Source: Eubacteriales bacterium
Lineage (GTDB): Bacteria; Bacillota; Clostridia; Oscillospirales; CAG-272
DNA length: 53,655 nucleotides
Direction: 5' to 3'
Assembly (NCBI GenBank): GCA_045533435.1
Contig: JAZSHT010000068.1
Span: forward strand, 1 to 53,655
Shown here: piece by piece, positions 36,346 to 46,565 of the stretch
Layout: each line of letters opens with the position of its first letter
Numbering within the stretch: position 1 is the stretch's first letter
Notes under the pieces: model-generated
Database searches by the model: none
What the model saw: the letters and a program-made list of their open reading frames with translations, nothing else
Told to the model about the DNA's origin: nothing
Program-made: the position numbers and the translations under genes

Positions 36346-38085
36346 TTATCTTTCCACCGTTTCTATTGCATTAAATTTACAGTAATTCTTGCAAAGACCG
36401 CAGCCGTTGCACATTGTAGCGTCAATCTTAATTGTGCCATCTGCATTCTTTGTAATTGCAGGACAACCAATCCTTAAGCACATACCACACTTTTTGCACC
36501 TTTCAGGCTCAGCCTTGCAGTAGTTAGGGAATTTTTGACCCTTAATAAGCACGCAAGGAGCTTTTGAAATAATTACTGTTAATGTATCGCTTGCAACGCT
36601 TTCCTTAATTGTCTTTTCAAGTAAATCAACATCAAATGCATCAACTGTAATAACAGAAGGCACACCGATAGCACGGCAAAGCTCTGCTAAATCAATAGCA
36701 TATGTTTCCTCTCCCTTTAATGTTTTACCAGTAGCCGCATGCTCCTGATGTCCTGTCATACCTGTTGTGCGGTTGTCAAGAATCATAACAGTCGCAGTTG
36801 ACTTGTTATAAACCATGTTAATAAGAGAGTTAATACCTGTATGTAGGAATGTAGAGTCGCCAATAACCGCAACCCAATTCTTAATATAGTCCTTGCCCTT
36901 AGCCTTTTCCATACCGTGAAGTGCTGAAATACTTGCACCCATACAAATTGTAGTGTCAACAACTCCAAGAGGAGCAACTGCACCAAGAGTATAGCATCCA
37001 ATATCGCCACTTGCATGGATTTTAAGCTTCTTTAAAACAGAAAATGTGCTTCTGTGTGGACATCCAGGACAGAGAATAGGAGGACGGGCAGGAGTATCCG
37101 CTTTCTCACTAACACAACCATCACAGCCAAATAATACTCTTCTTAAAAGATTAGCGCTGTATTCGCCTTGGCGTGTAAATACTTCCTTACCCTTTACATT
37201 ATATCCCCAAGCTCTAACCTGCTCCTCAATAACAGGCTCAAGCTCCTCAAAAATGTAAACTGTCTCAACCTGCTTAATAAAGCTATCAATAAGCTCCTTT
37301 GAAAGCGGATTAGTTAGACCAAGCTTAAGCACACTTGCATTAGGACAAACCTCTTTTACATACTGATATGCAATACCACATGTAATAAAGCCAATTTTTG
37401 TATCGTTAATTTCCATTTTGTTAATAGGGAACGAGGCTGCATCCTTAGCCATCTTTTCCTCTCTTGCTTCAACAGCTAAGTGTCTGCCAATAGCAGAAGC
37501 AGGCATCATAACATACTTAGGTACTTGTCTTTCGTATGGTTTATCCTCAATCTCTTTTCTATCACAAAGCTCAACTGCACTTTGTGAGTGAGCTAATTTA
37601 GTTGTAGTTCTTAAAATTACAGGAGTATCATATTTTTCGCTTAATTCATAAGCGTAAACCATAAAGTCCTTAGCCTCTTGGCTATCTGCAGGCTCTAAAA
37701 CAGGCACATGTGAGGCGCGACCAATCATTCTTGTGTCCTGCTCATTTTGTGAGCTTGCCATTCCTGGGTCGTCTGCTACAACAAATACAGAGCCGCCATT
37801 TACACCTGTATATGAAAATGTGTAAAGTGGGTCGGATGCTACATTTAAGCCAACATGCTTCATGCAAGCAAGGCTTCTTACACCTGAAATTGACGCACCA
37901 ATAGCAACCTCTGCCGCAACCTTTTCATTTGGCGCCCACTCAGTATAAATTTCATCATATTTAGCAAGATATTCACTAATCTCCGTGCTTGGAGTGCCAG
38001 GATATGCGCTTGAAAGCTTAACTCCTGCCTCGTATGCGCCTCTTGCAATGGCTTCATTACCTAACATTATAGTTTTCTTTGACAT
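36346..38085 (-). CDS. iorA: indolepyruvate:ferredoxin oxidoreductase alpha subunit
   Basis: YPGTPSTE, CPGCPHR, GDIGCY, GDSTF...N TPP motif and a C-terminal ferredoxin-type cysteine set. Confidence 0.95.
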   Translation of the reverse strand: MSKKTIMLGNEAIARGAYEAGVKLSSAYPGTPSTEISEYLAKYDEIYTEWAPNEKVAAEVAIGASISGVRSLACMKHVGLNVASDPLYTFSYTGVNGGSVFVVADDPGMASSQNEQDTRMIGRASHVPVLEPADSQEAKDFMVYAYELSEKYDTPVILRTTTKLAHSQSAVELCDRKEIEDKPYERQVPKYVMMPASAIGRHLAVEAREEKMAKDAASFPINKMEINDTKIGFITCGIAYQYVKEVCPNASVLKLGLTNPLSKELIDSFIKQVETVYIFEELEPVIEEQVRAWGYNVKGKEVFTRQGEYSANLLRRVLFGCDGCVSEKADTPARPPILCPGCPHRSTFSVLKKLKIHASGDIGCYTLGAVAPLGVVDTTICMGASISALHGMEKAKGKDYIKNWVAVIGDSTFLHTGINSLINMVYNKSTATVMILDNRTTGMTGHQEHAATGKTLKGEETYAIDLAELCRAIGVPSVITVDAFDVDLLEKTIKESVASDTLTVIISKAPCVLIKGQKFPNYCKAEPERCKKCGMCLRIGCPAITKNADGTIKIDATMCNGCGLCKNYCKFNAIETVER

Positions 38086-39386
38086 TATTTAATACCTCTT
38101 AAATCCTTTACTCTTTTTGCCTTACCCTCAAATCGTTGTAATGTGTTTGGAGATTCAAGCATAATTTTTGCATCAAGACCAAGCATAGTCTTTAATTTAT
38201 TCTTAACTGTTTTTGTGATTTTTTCAAGAACAGAGAAGGAGTCTGTTTCCGTAGCTAGCTCAACCTTAACCGTAAGCTTGTCAAGATAGCCTTCTCTTTC
38301 AAGAATAATTTCGTAGTGTGGACCTAACTCCTCAACACTTAAAATTACCTCTTCAATTTGGCTTGGGAATACATTTACACCACGAATCTTAAGCATATCG
38401 TCGCTTCTGCCCGAAAGATTTTCCATTCGGCAGAAGGTTCTACCGCATTTACACTTTTCATAGAAAAGACGAGTAATATCCTTTGTTCTGTATCTAATAA
38501 GAGGAATACCCTCTTTTTTAATACAAGTAATAACAAGCTCGCCCTTCTCGCCAATAGGAAGCACCTCACCTGTTTGTGGGTCAATAATTTCAGGAATGAA
38601 AAAGTCCTCATTTATATGCATACCGCAATGCTCAAGGCATTCGCCTGAAACACCGGGTCCCATAAGCTCACTCATACCGTAGTTTGAAGTGATCAAAATA
38701 TCCTTGCCCCAAGCTTTATGCATTTCCTCACGCATAGCATCTGTTAAAAGCTCACTACCTACAAGTGCAATCTTAACCTTTAAATCTCTCTCAGGTAGAA
38801 CACCCATTTCTCTTGCAACCTCTGCAAGTCTTAAAGCATAGGAAGGAGTTGCAACTAAAAGTGATGTTTCAAAATCCTTCATATACATAATCTGCTTTTC
38901 ACTGTTTCCTGTTGAAGATGGAACAATAGTAGAGCCAATGTTTTCAAGACCATAGTGAAGACCAAGCGCACCTGTAAACATACCGTAACCAAAACAAATT
39001 TGTGCCACATCTTTTGATGTTGCTCCACCCATACAAGCAATTCTTGAAACACATTCTGTCCATGTTTCAAGGTCGCCCTGAGTATATCCTACAACAGTAG
39101 GCTTACCTGTTGTACCACTAGAAGCATGTATTCTTACAAGCTCTTCCTTAGGCACAGCAAATAGCCCAAAGGGATAATTATCTCTCATATCCTGCTTAGT
39201 TACAAAGGGAAGCTTAGCTAAATCCTTTAAGGACTTTATGTCCTCAGGCTTTAGCCCTATATCATCCATTTTCTTTCTGTAAGCAGGCACCTTATTATAT
39301 ACACGATTAACAGTTTCCTGTAACCTTTCTAATTGAATTTTTTCAATCTCTTCTCTTGGAAGAGCTTCTTCCTTAGACCAAATCAT
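38085..39386 (-). CDS. paaK: phenylacetate-CoA ligase
   Basis: HASSGTTGKP, YGMSE, IRYRTKD and GRSDDMLKIRGVNVFP motifs. Confidence 0.93.
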   Translation of the reverse strand: MIWSKEEALPREEIEKIQLERLQETVNRVYNKVPAYRKKMDDIGLKPEDIKSLKDLAKLPFVTKQDMRDNYPFGLFAVPKEELVRIHASSGTTGKPTVVGYTQGDLETWTECVSRIACMGGATSKDVAQICFGYGMFTGALGLHYGLENIGSTIVPSSTGNSEKQIMYMKDFETSLLVATPSYALRLAEVAREMGVLPERDLKVKIALVGSELLTDAMREEMHKAWGKDILITSNYGMSELMGPGVSGECLEHCGMHINEDFFIPEIIDPQTGEVLPIGEKGELVITCIKKEGIPLIRYRTKDITRLFYEKCKCGRTFCRMENLSGRSDDMLKIRGVNVFPSQIEEVILSVEELGPHYEIILEREGYLDKLTVKVELATETDSFSVLEKITKTVKNKLKTMLGLDAKIMLESPNTLQRFEGKAKRVKDLRGIK

Positions 39387-39594
39387 AATGAACCAACCTT
39401 ATTTTCATTTAATATATTATATATATTTATATAAAGATAAAAAAATTATAGCACAATCAATTTGTAATGTCAACAATTCATTTGCTATTTTTTAAAATAA
39501 AATAGAAAAAATATACATATTTTATGTATAATTATTTACATTTTCTTGCAAATAATGTATAATAAACACAACGAAAGAAAGAGAGGATATAAAA

Positions 39595-40047
39595 ATGTTA
39601 GAAATAGGACAAAAAGCACCGAATTTTACTTTACCAAATAAGGACGGACAAATGGTATCACTTTCCGACTTTTTAGGAAAGAAGGTTGTTTTATACTTCT
39701 ACCCAAAGGATAATACCCCAGGATGCACAAGGCAAGCCTGCGCATTTGCAAGCCTTTACGATGGCTTCAAAGCAAAAAACATTCAAGTAATAGGAGTTAG
39801 CAAGGATAGCGTAGCATCTCATGTAAAATTTGCCGAAAAATATAGCCTTCCCTTTATTCTCCTTTCTGACACAGAATTAGCTGCCATCAAAGCATACGAT
39901 GTATGGCAGGAAAAGAAAATGTGTGGAAAAGTAGGAATGGGCGTAGCTCGTACTACATTTATAATAGATGAAAATGGCAATATCCAAAAAATAATGAATA
40001 AGGTAAAGCCCGACACTAACGCACAGGAGATTTTAGCGGAGCTATGA
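39595..40047 (+). CDS. bcp: thioredoxin-dependent peroxiredoxin (BCP/PrxQ)
   Basis: YFYPKDNTPGCTRQAC motif. Confidence 0.93.
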   Translation: MLEIGQKAPNFTLPNKDGQMVSLSDFLGKKVVLYFYPKDNTPGCTRQACAFASLYDGFKAKNIQVIGVSKDSVASHVKFAEKYSLPFILLSDTELAAIKAYDVWQEKKMCGKVGMGVARTTFIIDENGNIQKIMNKVKPDTNAQEILAEL

Positions 40048-40409
40048 TAAAAAAAGAAAATAGCTACTTAGACCAAGCGCTATCATACTTAGGCAAAGAG
40101 GTCCAAATTAAAATTGACCGACCAAAAGATAGCACCCACCCAAAGCACAAAAGCATCGTTTATCCCATAAACTACGGATATATTGACGGCGTTATGGGTG
40201 GCGACGGCGAGGAAATAGATGTCTATCTTTTAGGAGTAAATACTCCCGTTTTCGAATACACCGCCACAGTAATTGCCGTAATCCACCGCCTTAACGACAA
40301 CGAGGATAAATTAGTTGCCGCCCCTAAAGGAATGAGCTTTACTAAGGAGCAAATTTTAGCGGAAGTACATTTCCAAGAGCAGTATTTTCAAAGTGAAATA
40401 TTTATGTAA
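40044..40409 (+). CDS. inorganic pyrophosphatase-like protein (short family I type)
   Basis: YPINYGYI..DGEEIDVY and EDKLV motifs. Confidence 0.8.
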   Translation: MIKKENSYLDQALSYLGKEVQIKIDRPKDSTHPKHKSIVYPINYGYIDGVMGGDGEEIDVYLLGVNTPVFEYTATVIAVIHRLNDNEDKLVAAPKGMSFTKEQILAEVHFQEQYFQSEIFM

Positions 40410-40414
40410 AACAA

Positions 40415-40442
40415 AATCAGCAGACACTCAAATCTGCTGATT
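40415..40442. terminator. bidirectional terminator
   Basis: AATCAGCAGA/TCTGCTGATT stem between convergent genes. Confidence 0.65.
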
Positions 40443-40447
40443 CATTT

Positions 40448-41245
40448 TTATAGGTTAGAGATTCTTAAAATTCTTTCATAACAGGTATCTAAAAATTCCT
40501 TGCAGGACATTTTACTGTAATCCCCTATGCTTTGAAACACCTCAAGCATAAGAGTACCTGAGTAACCGTATTCATCAAGCTTTCTCATCATTTTTTCGTA
40601 ATCATAATTGCCATCAAAGGGAAGAAGATGTAAATCAAATTTTCCCTCTTTTTCCTCTAATTTACGGCTAAAATTGTCGTGAATATGAGTACAGCACACC
40701 TTGTTTGTAAATATATCTAACATTGATACGGTTTTAGTATAGCAATGCTCATGACCACAGTCAAAGCAGAATTTTACATTGTCCATTTTCTCATATCTAT
40801 CCATAAGACATGTTAAATTACCAAGCAGCCTTAAATTTTCAAATGCAAGTGTAACGCATTTTTCTTTTGCATATGATACAAGCTCATCATATCTTGATAG
40901 CCCCATATCATTTACAAAAGGGGGATTCCATCCGCTTGATACATGAGTGATAACATAAGGAATACCGCATATAGAAGCAGAGTCAATAGCTTCCTTCATG
41001 TAGCTAATAACCTCTGTATATCCCATACCACTTGTCCACATCTCATTTATATTATGAAAGGGCGCGTGTATAAAATCATAGGAAAGACCAAGCGCCTCTG
41101 CCTTTTCCTTTATTCTTTTAACCTCATTTAATCTATATTCACCGGTAAAAAACGCTTCAAACCCTGCCTCTTTAATTTTATCAAGGGCATCATAAGGCGT
41201 AACTCCCTCTAAGCATTCCGCTATTATACCAAGCTTTCTTTTCAT
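40448..41245 (-). CDS. sugar phosphate isomerase/epimerase (xylose isomerase-like TIM barrel)
   Basis: AFEN, FDCGH, HIHDN, HLLPFDG and LEV motifs; start after AAGGAG (track 41284). Confidence 0.88.
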   Translation of the reverse strand: MKRKLGIIAECLEGVTPYDALDKIKEAGFEAFFTGEYRLNEVKRIKEKAEALGLSYDFIHAPFHNINEMWTSGMGYTEVISYMKEAIDSASICGIPYVITHVSSGWNPPFVNDMGLSRYDELVSYAKEKCVTLAFENLRLLGNLTCLMDRYEKMDNVKFCFDCGHEHCYTKTVSMLDIFTNKVCCTHIHDNFSRKLEEKEGKFDLHLLPFDGNYDYEKMMRKLDEYGYSGTLMLEVFQSIGDYSKMSCKEFLDTCYERILRISNL

Positions 41246-41385
41246 AAGTGAACTCCTTAAAAATCTATAAAAGCATTTTACCACACAAAAAGCAAAAATT
41301 CAACAGATATATATCTTGTATTCATAAAATTTAAATGCTATAATAAAATCAAAGCAAGTATAAAATAAAGAAAGGATTTTCTATT

Positions 41386-43404
41386 ATGCAAGACAAAAAA
41401 ATCAAAAGAAGAAGCGAGAGCTTTTTCGGTATTCATTACGATTTTCACGCAAATCCAAACGACCCAACACAAGGCACAACATTAAAGGAAGAAGACATCC
41501 GTGAAATTTGCAAAGTAGTAAAGCCGGACTTTATTCAAATTGACTGTAAGGGACACCGAGGCTGGACCTCATACCCATCAAAATTAGGAAACTCCGTAAA
41601 CAAGTTTGATAAGGACACCCTTGCTCTTTGGCGTAAGGTAACCAAGGAAGAGGGAGTTGCGCTCTATATGCATTATTCGGGTATATACGATGTTAAATAT
41701 TGCTTAGAAAACCCCGAGCAATCCATATATAAGGCAGATGGCACATATTCCGATACCACCGTAAGATTAGATGGCAGATACGCTGATGACCTTTTAATCC
41801 CTCAAATGCTTGAGCTTATTGAGGACTATGAGGTTGACGGCATTTGGATTGATGGAGACTGTTGGATGGGCATTTGCGATTTTCGCCCCGAAACAATAGC
41901 TGATTTTGAAAAGGAAACAGGCATAAGCTTAAATGGCGAAATTCCATCAAGCCCCGAGCACAAATATTATCAAGAATACAGAGAATATTCAAGAGAGCTT
42001 TTCCGTAGATATTTAAACCATTATGTTGATACAGTACACGCAAAGCACCCCAATTTTCAAATTGCATCAAACTGGGCGTTTAGCGACCATATGCCCGAAA
42101 GAGTGTGCGCAAACGTGGACTTTTTATCAGGCGACTTAAATCCAAATGATAGCTTTAACTCCGCAAGATATGCCGCAAGAGCACTTGCTCAACAGGAAAT
42201 GCCGTGGGACTTAATGTCTTGGAATTTTAGAAATAACCTTGGCGGCAAAAATAATTATGTGCCAAAGCACCCTAACCAAATTATGCAAGAGGCAGCATCT
42301 GTAATCGCAGTAGGCGGAGCATACCAGGACTATATTCCACAGTATAGAGACGGCTCTCCTAATATGATTGAAACGAAAAACCTTGAGGGAGTGTCTGAAT
42401 TTGTAAGAAATCGCAAGGATTTTTGCTTCCGTGGTAAGATGATTCATCAAGCCGCATTGCTTCTTTCCACATACGATAGATATAGAGAGTCCACGCATCT
42501 ATTTTCAAGAACAGGCTTTGAAAGAGTAATGGGTGCTTGCGCCCTTCTTTGCGACATCGGTCAATCCCTTGAAATTGTCTGCGAGCATACTCTTGAAAAG
42601 TACATAAATGAATATAAAATGATAGTTATTCCCGAGCTTTACGAGGGACTTTCTAAGGACACCATAAAGCTTTTATATGACTATGCAAAAAACGGTGGCA
42701 AATTAGTTTTAATGGGCAAAAACACATGCAAGATTTTCGCACAAAACGAAAACGCACCATTTACAGTAACCGACATTTGCGAATTTATTGAGGACAAGGA
42801 AAAGGAAACCTTAAATGGACATGGCTCATTCTCTAAAAAGTATAAGCCATACCTATTTAATATTGATAATACCGAATACGGCGCACTCTTTTCCCCTTGC
42901 CAAATCAATGCACAAGGTAGCATTGAAGCATATGTAACTGAAAGAAACACCACCTTTAAAGCGCCCCTTTCAGTAACAACTGACTATGGCAAGGGCGCAA
43001 TTACCCTTATCGGCTTTGATATGGGTAGTCAATATTTAAAGGGCACACAGTATATGCAAAGAAAGCTTATGAAGCAAATCGCAAATAAGCTCTACGACCC
43101 AATAGTACGCATTGAAAATGTATGTGGCAGACTTGAAATCGTTAATCTTGATAAGGATAATAAGCTGATGATACAGCTTGTCAACTCAAACGGTAGCCAT
43201 GCAAATAATGACACCGCCACCGATGATTTAATCCCACCTGTATTAGACATCAAGCTCTCAATCCTTTTAGATAAAAAACCCGAAAAGCTTATTTTACAGC
43301 CACAGGGCAAGGAATTATCCTTTGAATATAAAAATTCACGCGCATATGTAAACATCAACCGCATCGACATCCATAGCGTAATCGAGGTTTGTGAATATCT
43401 TTAA
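41386..43404 (+). CDS. glycoside hydrolase, alpha-L-fucosidase-like (GH151/GH29-related TIM barrel plus GATase-like trimerisation domain)
   Basis: IHYDFH, DCKGHRGWTSYP and DGIWIDG; later YKMIVIPE...YAKNGGKLV trimerisation-type segment. Confidence 0.7.
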   Translation: MQDKKIKRRSESFFGIHYDFHANPNDPTQGTTLKEEDIREICKVVKPDFIQIDCKGHRGWTSYPSKLGNSVNKFDKDTLALWRKVTKEEGVALYMHYSGIYDVKYCLENPEQSIYKADGTYSDTTVRLDGRYADDLLIPQMLELIEDYEVDGIWIDGDCWMGICDFRPETIADFEKETGISLNGEIPSSPEHKYYQEYREYSRELFRRYLNHYVDTVHAKHPNFQIASNWAFSDHMPERVCANVDFLSGDLNPNDSFNSARYAARALAQQEMPWDLMSWNFRNNLGGKNNYVPKHPNQIMQEAASVIAVGGAYQDYIPQYRDGSPNMIETKNLEGVSEFVRNRKDFCFRGKMIHQAALLLSTYDRYRESTHLFSRTGFERVMGACALLCDIGQSLEIVCEHTLEKYINEYKMIVIPELYEGLSKDTIKLLYDYAKNGGKLVLMGKNTCKIFAQNENAPFTVTDICEFIEDKEKETLNGHGSFSKKYKPYLFNIDNTEYGALFSPCQINAQGSIEAYVTERNTTFKAPLSVTTDYGKGAITLIGFDMGSQYLKGTQYMQRKLMKQIANKLYDPIVRIENVCGRLEIVNLDKDNKLMIQLVNSNGSHANNDTATDDLIPPVLDIKLSILLDKKPEKLILQPQGKELSFEYKNSRAYVNINRIDIHSVIEVCEYL

Positions 43405-43527
43405 AATTCACAAATTATTTTAAAAAAACTACAAATAACACTTGAAAGTATTATTTTTGGTACATAACGATGTTTACATTTTGAATTATTTGTGTTACTC
43501 TTGAATAAAACAAAAGGAGTTATAATA

Positions 43528-44691
43528 ATGGAATATGCTATGTGGAAGGGCAAAAGAATTGCCGCGTCAGATTTCGCTGATTATGAAGAAGAAAAGAAGC
43601 TAAGAATAGCAAGCAGAAAAAGAGAAATAAAATGCTGTGATGCTGATTGTTCATCTAAATTCGTAAAATACTGTCACGGAGATGTAAAGGAACCATATTT
43701 TGCTCATTGTGAAAATATCAATTGTGACTATGCAAGGTATGAAAGTGAGATGCCTAAAGAAATTCACGATCTTAAAATGGCATTGTACAATCATTTTAAA
43801 AATAAAGGTTATAATGTTGAAATTGAAACCAAGGTTTTAAAAAAACATTACTCTCATATCTTAATTACATTGCCTAACGAGAAAAGAATCGCTATTGAAT
43901 TTTTAACGACAAAGGTTACGCCATCTTTAACGGATTGCTTAACAAAGGAATATGAAGAGTTAGGCGTAGAGGTGCAGTGGATTGTTGTGAGTGATAATAT
44001 TAAAGTGTGGGATGAACACAAAAATTCTTTTGCAAAAAGACATTCTTTAAACGAAACCAAAAACAACACATTGTTTATCGTACATCCTAAAACAAAAGAG
44101 ATTTTTCAATATAAGCTAGATTCTCAACAATATGTATATGGTGAAGAAAGTATAGATCTAATACACTTTGGATATCCAGATATATTTGAAAAAAGAGGAA
44201 AAATAGAAAATTTAATATTGGATAGAGGCACATTAACGCTGTCTGACTTTGGTCGATGTTATATGCAATGGGTTGGGGAAAAACAAGGAATATTTTCTAA
44301 AATAGTGGCAGAAAGAGAAAATAAAAAGAAAGAAATAGAAAAAGAAAAAGCACAACAACTAATTAATGAAAATAAGAAAAACAAAAGAGCAGAATATAGC
44401 AGAAGTGCTTATTCCGACAAAATATACGCCTATTTAAATAATAATTGTACAGATACGAGCCCTACAGAAGATAAAGGGAGAAAAGAAATGCGTGTTAGTA
44501 TGGAAGATAATTTGATGGGTGAAAAGATAATATACACATGTGGATTTGCTCCAAAATTTGGGGAAGTAATTAATCAAGCAAAAGACGAAAAAGGCAAAAT
44601 TTACATAGAAATAAAATTTGATGACGGCTCGTGCGAAGCAAAATCGTTAGAGGAATTAATAAAAAATAATCAAATTTTCTATAACAGATAG
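43528..44691 (+). CDS. CoiA-like protein (N-terminal Cys/His cluster plus PD-(D/E)XK-like nuclease domain)
   Basis: CCDADC...GDVKEPYFAH...C, HDLK..LY..F, IE, IAIEF and EVQWIV motifs; start after AAGGAG. Confidence 0.7.
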   Translation: MEYAMWKGKRIAASDFADYEEEKKLRIASRKREIKCCDADCSSKFVKYCHGDVKEPYFAHCENINCDYARYESEMPKEIHDLKMALYNHFKNKGYNVEIETKVLKKHYSHILITLPNEKRIAIEFLTTKVTPSLTDCLTKEYEELGVEVQWIVVSDNIKVWDEHKNSFAKRHSLNETKNNTLFIVHPKTKEIFQYKLDSQQYVYGEESIDLIHFGYPDIFEKRGKIENLILDRGTLTLSDFGRCYMQWVGEKQGIFSKIVAERENKKKEIEKEKAQQLINENKKNKRAEYSRSAYSDKIYAYLNNNCTDTSPTEDKGRKEMRVSMEDNLMGEKIIYTCGFAPKFGEVINQAKDEKGKIYIEIKFDDGSCEAKSLEELIKNNQIFYNR

Positions 44692-44739
44692 AAAAATGTT
44701 GCCAAGATATGCTAAACAAAGCAAAAACGAGGGAAATAT

Positions 44740-46185
44740 ATGCAAAACCTAAAAACAAAAATCGCAAAAGCCACCCCCTTTGAGGGCGCGCCCAAAATCA
44801 ACATGCCATCTATCATTGGCGCATCAAGTAAAAAGCCAATCCTATTTAGAGTGGCAGTTAGTGGCAAAAGACCTATTAAATATAGCGCTATCAATTTGCC
44901 CAAGGGCGTAACCTTAAATGGCAATATTTTAAGTGGCACGGTTGACACCGACGGTAATTACGAATTTACCCTAACTACTGAAAATGAAATAGGCAAGTGC
45001 GAAAAGAAAATCACACTTGAAATTAAGGACCAAAATATGTTAGTAACCCCACTTTTAGGCTTTACTACATGGAATGCCTTTGAGTCCGCGGTTACACAAG
45101 GCGATGTGGAAAATACCGCACAGCTTTTAGTTGATTTAGGTATTTCCGAATACGGCTATTCCTATGTCAACACCGACTCAGGATGGCAGTATAAATACGG
45201 CGGAAAATACGATGCAGTTATGCCAAATCCAAAGTTCCCAGATATGAAGAAAATGACGGATAAAATACACTCCCTTGGACTAAAATGCGGAATTTATGCA
45301 ACACCAATGCTCACCGCTTGGGGATGCCCTGATGAATACGAATCTATCCCGGGATGCACACAGGGCGAGCCGGATTACCGCTTTTCACTCTTAAATGGTG
45401 GTATCGGTACAGTTCACAAGGAACGAAATAATGCACTCCAATGGAACGAATGGGGCTTTGACTATTTAAAGTACGACTGGGCGCCCACCGACACAGTAAA
45501 TGCCGACTTAATGCGTAAGGAATTAGTGCAGTTGGACCGTGATTTTGGCTTCTGTGTAACAGTAAATGCAATTAAGGAATATGGAAGCTACTATTCTAAA
45601 TACTGTAACTCCTACCGTTCAAATCCCGACACACTCGGCAACTTTGATAACCTTGTAGCAATTTACGAAACATACTACAATTTTATTGACTATGTGTGCA
45701 AGGGACATTACTTTGACCTTGATATGCTTGATATTGGCACATGTAGGCTTCGTACACATTGGAATTCATTAACTGATGATGAAAAAATCATAGAATTTTC
45801 AATGCGCGCATTCTTAAATTCCCCAATTCAAATAAGCTCTCAGCTTGATAAAGCAACCGATTTTGAGCTTTCTATATATTGTAATGAGGAAATAATAGCA
45901 GTTAACCAAGATTGCGCCTTTAATACCGCAAGACCAATTGTTAGAATAAAGGAAGAAAACCGCTATCTTGACATTCTTGAAAAGCAACTTGAGGACGGAA
46001 GCTACGCCTATGCTATATTTAATCTTGGTCAAATCAATGAGAATATCGAAATCACAACAGAAAACAGCGTAATTCGCGACCTTTGGGCAAAGGAAGATAT
46101 CTCAAATATCAATAAAACATCTATTATAGTCCACCCACACACCACAAAAATTTTAAAGATAACCAACAAAGCCTCATTTAACTAA
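44740..46185 (+). CDS. alpha-galactosidase-like GH27 with N-terminal Ig-like (He_PIG) domain
   Basis: NLPKGVTL...SGT Ig segment; TPLLGFTTWN, YVNTDSGWQ, WGFDYLKYDW and DLDML motifs. Confidence 0.88.
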   Translation: MQNLKTKIAKATPFEGAPKINMPSIIGASSKKPILFRVAVSGKRPIKYSAINLPKGVTLNGNILSGTVDTDGNYEFTLTTENEIGKCEKKITLEIKDQNMLVTPLLGFTTWNAFESAVTQGDVENTAQLLVDLGISEYGYSYVNTDSGWQYKYGGKYDAVMPNPKFPDMKKMTDKIHSLGLKCGIYATPMLTAWGCPDEYESIPGCTQGEPDYRFSLLNGGIGTVHKERNNALQWNEWGFDYLKYDWAPTDTVNADLMRKELVQLDRDFGFCVTVNAIKEYGSYYSKYCNSYRSNPDTLGNFDNLVAIYETYYNFIDYVCKGHYFDLDMLDIGTCRLRTHWNSLTDDEKIIEFSMRAFLNSPIQISSQLDKATDFELSIYCNEEIIAVNQDCAFNTARPIVRIKEENRYLDILEKQLEDGSYAYAIFNLGQINENIEITTENSVIRDLWAKEDISNINKTSIIVHPHTTKILKITNKASFN

Positions 46186-46189
46186 AAAA

Positions 46190-46222
46190 GAAAGGATTGC
46201 TCTAAAAGAACAATCCTTTTTT
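46190..46222. terminator. bidirectional terminator
   Basis: AAAGGATTG...CAATCCTTT with A and T tracts. Confidence 0.7.
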
Positions 46223-46235
46223 ATATCAAAACAAA

Positions 46236-46361
46236 TCAATCTTCTGGGTCGCCTGAAAACATGTTGTAAATAGCCATAATTACCAATCCATAGATACCGA
46301 TTGTTGCAAAAAATTCAAAAGCCCAAACCAAAGTTCTTGGCACAATTCTTAATCTTTGCAT
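46236..46361 (-). CDS. 41-aa small membrane protein (not in ORF track)
   Basis: MQRLRIVPRTLVWAFEFFATIGIYGLVIMAIYNMFSGDPED*; RBS AAGGAG; own promoter; terminator downstream. Confidence 0.7.
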   Translation of the reverse strand: MQRLRIVPRTLVWAFEFFATIGIYGLVIMAIYNMFSGDPED

Positions 46362-46413
46362 AATCTCTCCTTAAAACAAAAAAATCTTTACTTAACTAGT
46401 AAAGTTCAACTAA

Positions 46414-46442
46414 ATTCTATCATTCAGTACTGTAAATGTCAA
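46414..46442 (-). promoter_or_regulatory. sigmaA promoter of the small ORF
   Basis: TTGACA (46442-46437)-17 nt-TAGAAT (46419-46414) with extended TG. Confidence 0.7.
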
Positions 46443-46565
46443 TAGAAAATTGAAATTATACAACAAATTATTTAATATATTTAAAAACTATTTTTCCTTG
46501 CAAAAAAAATGAAAATATGGTAAAATATATTACACTATTTTTATTACTGATATTAAGGAGCTATT

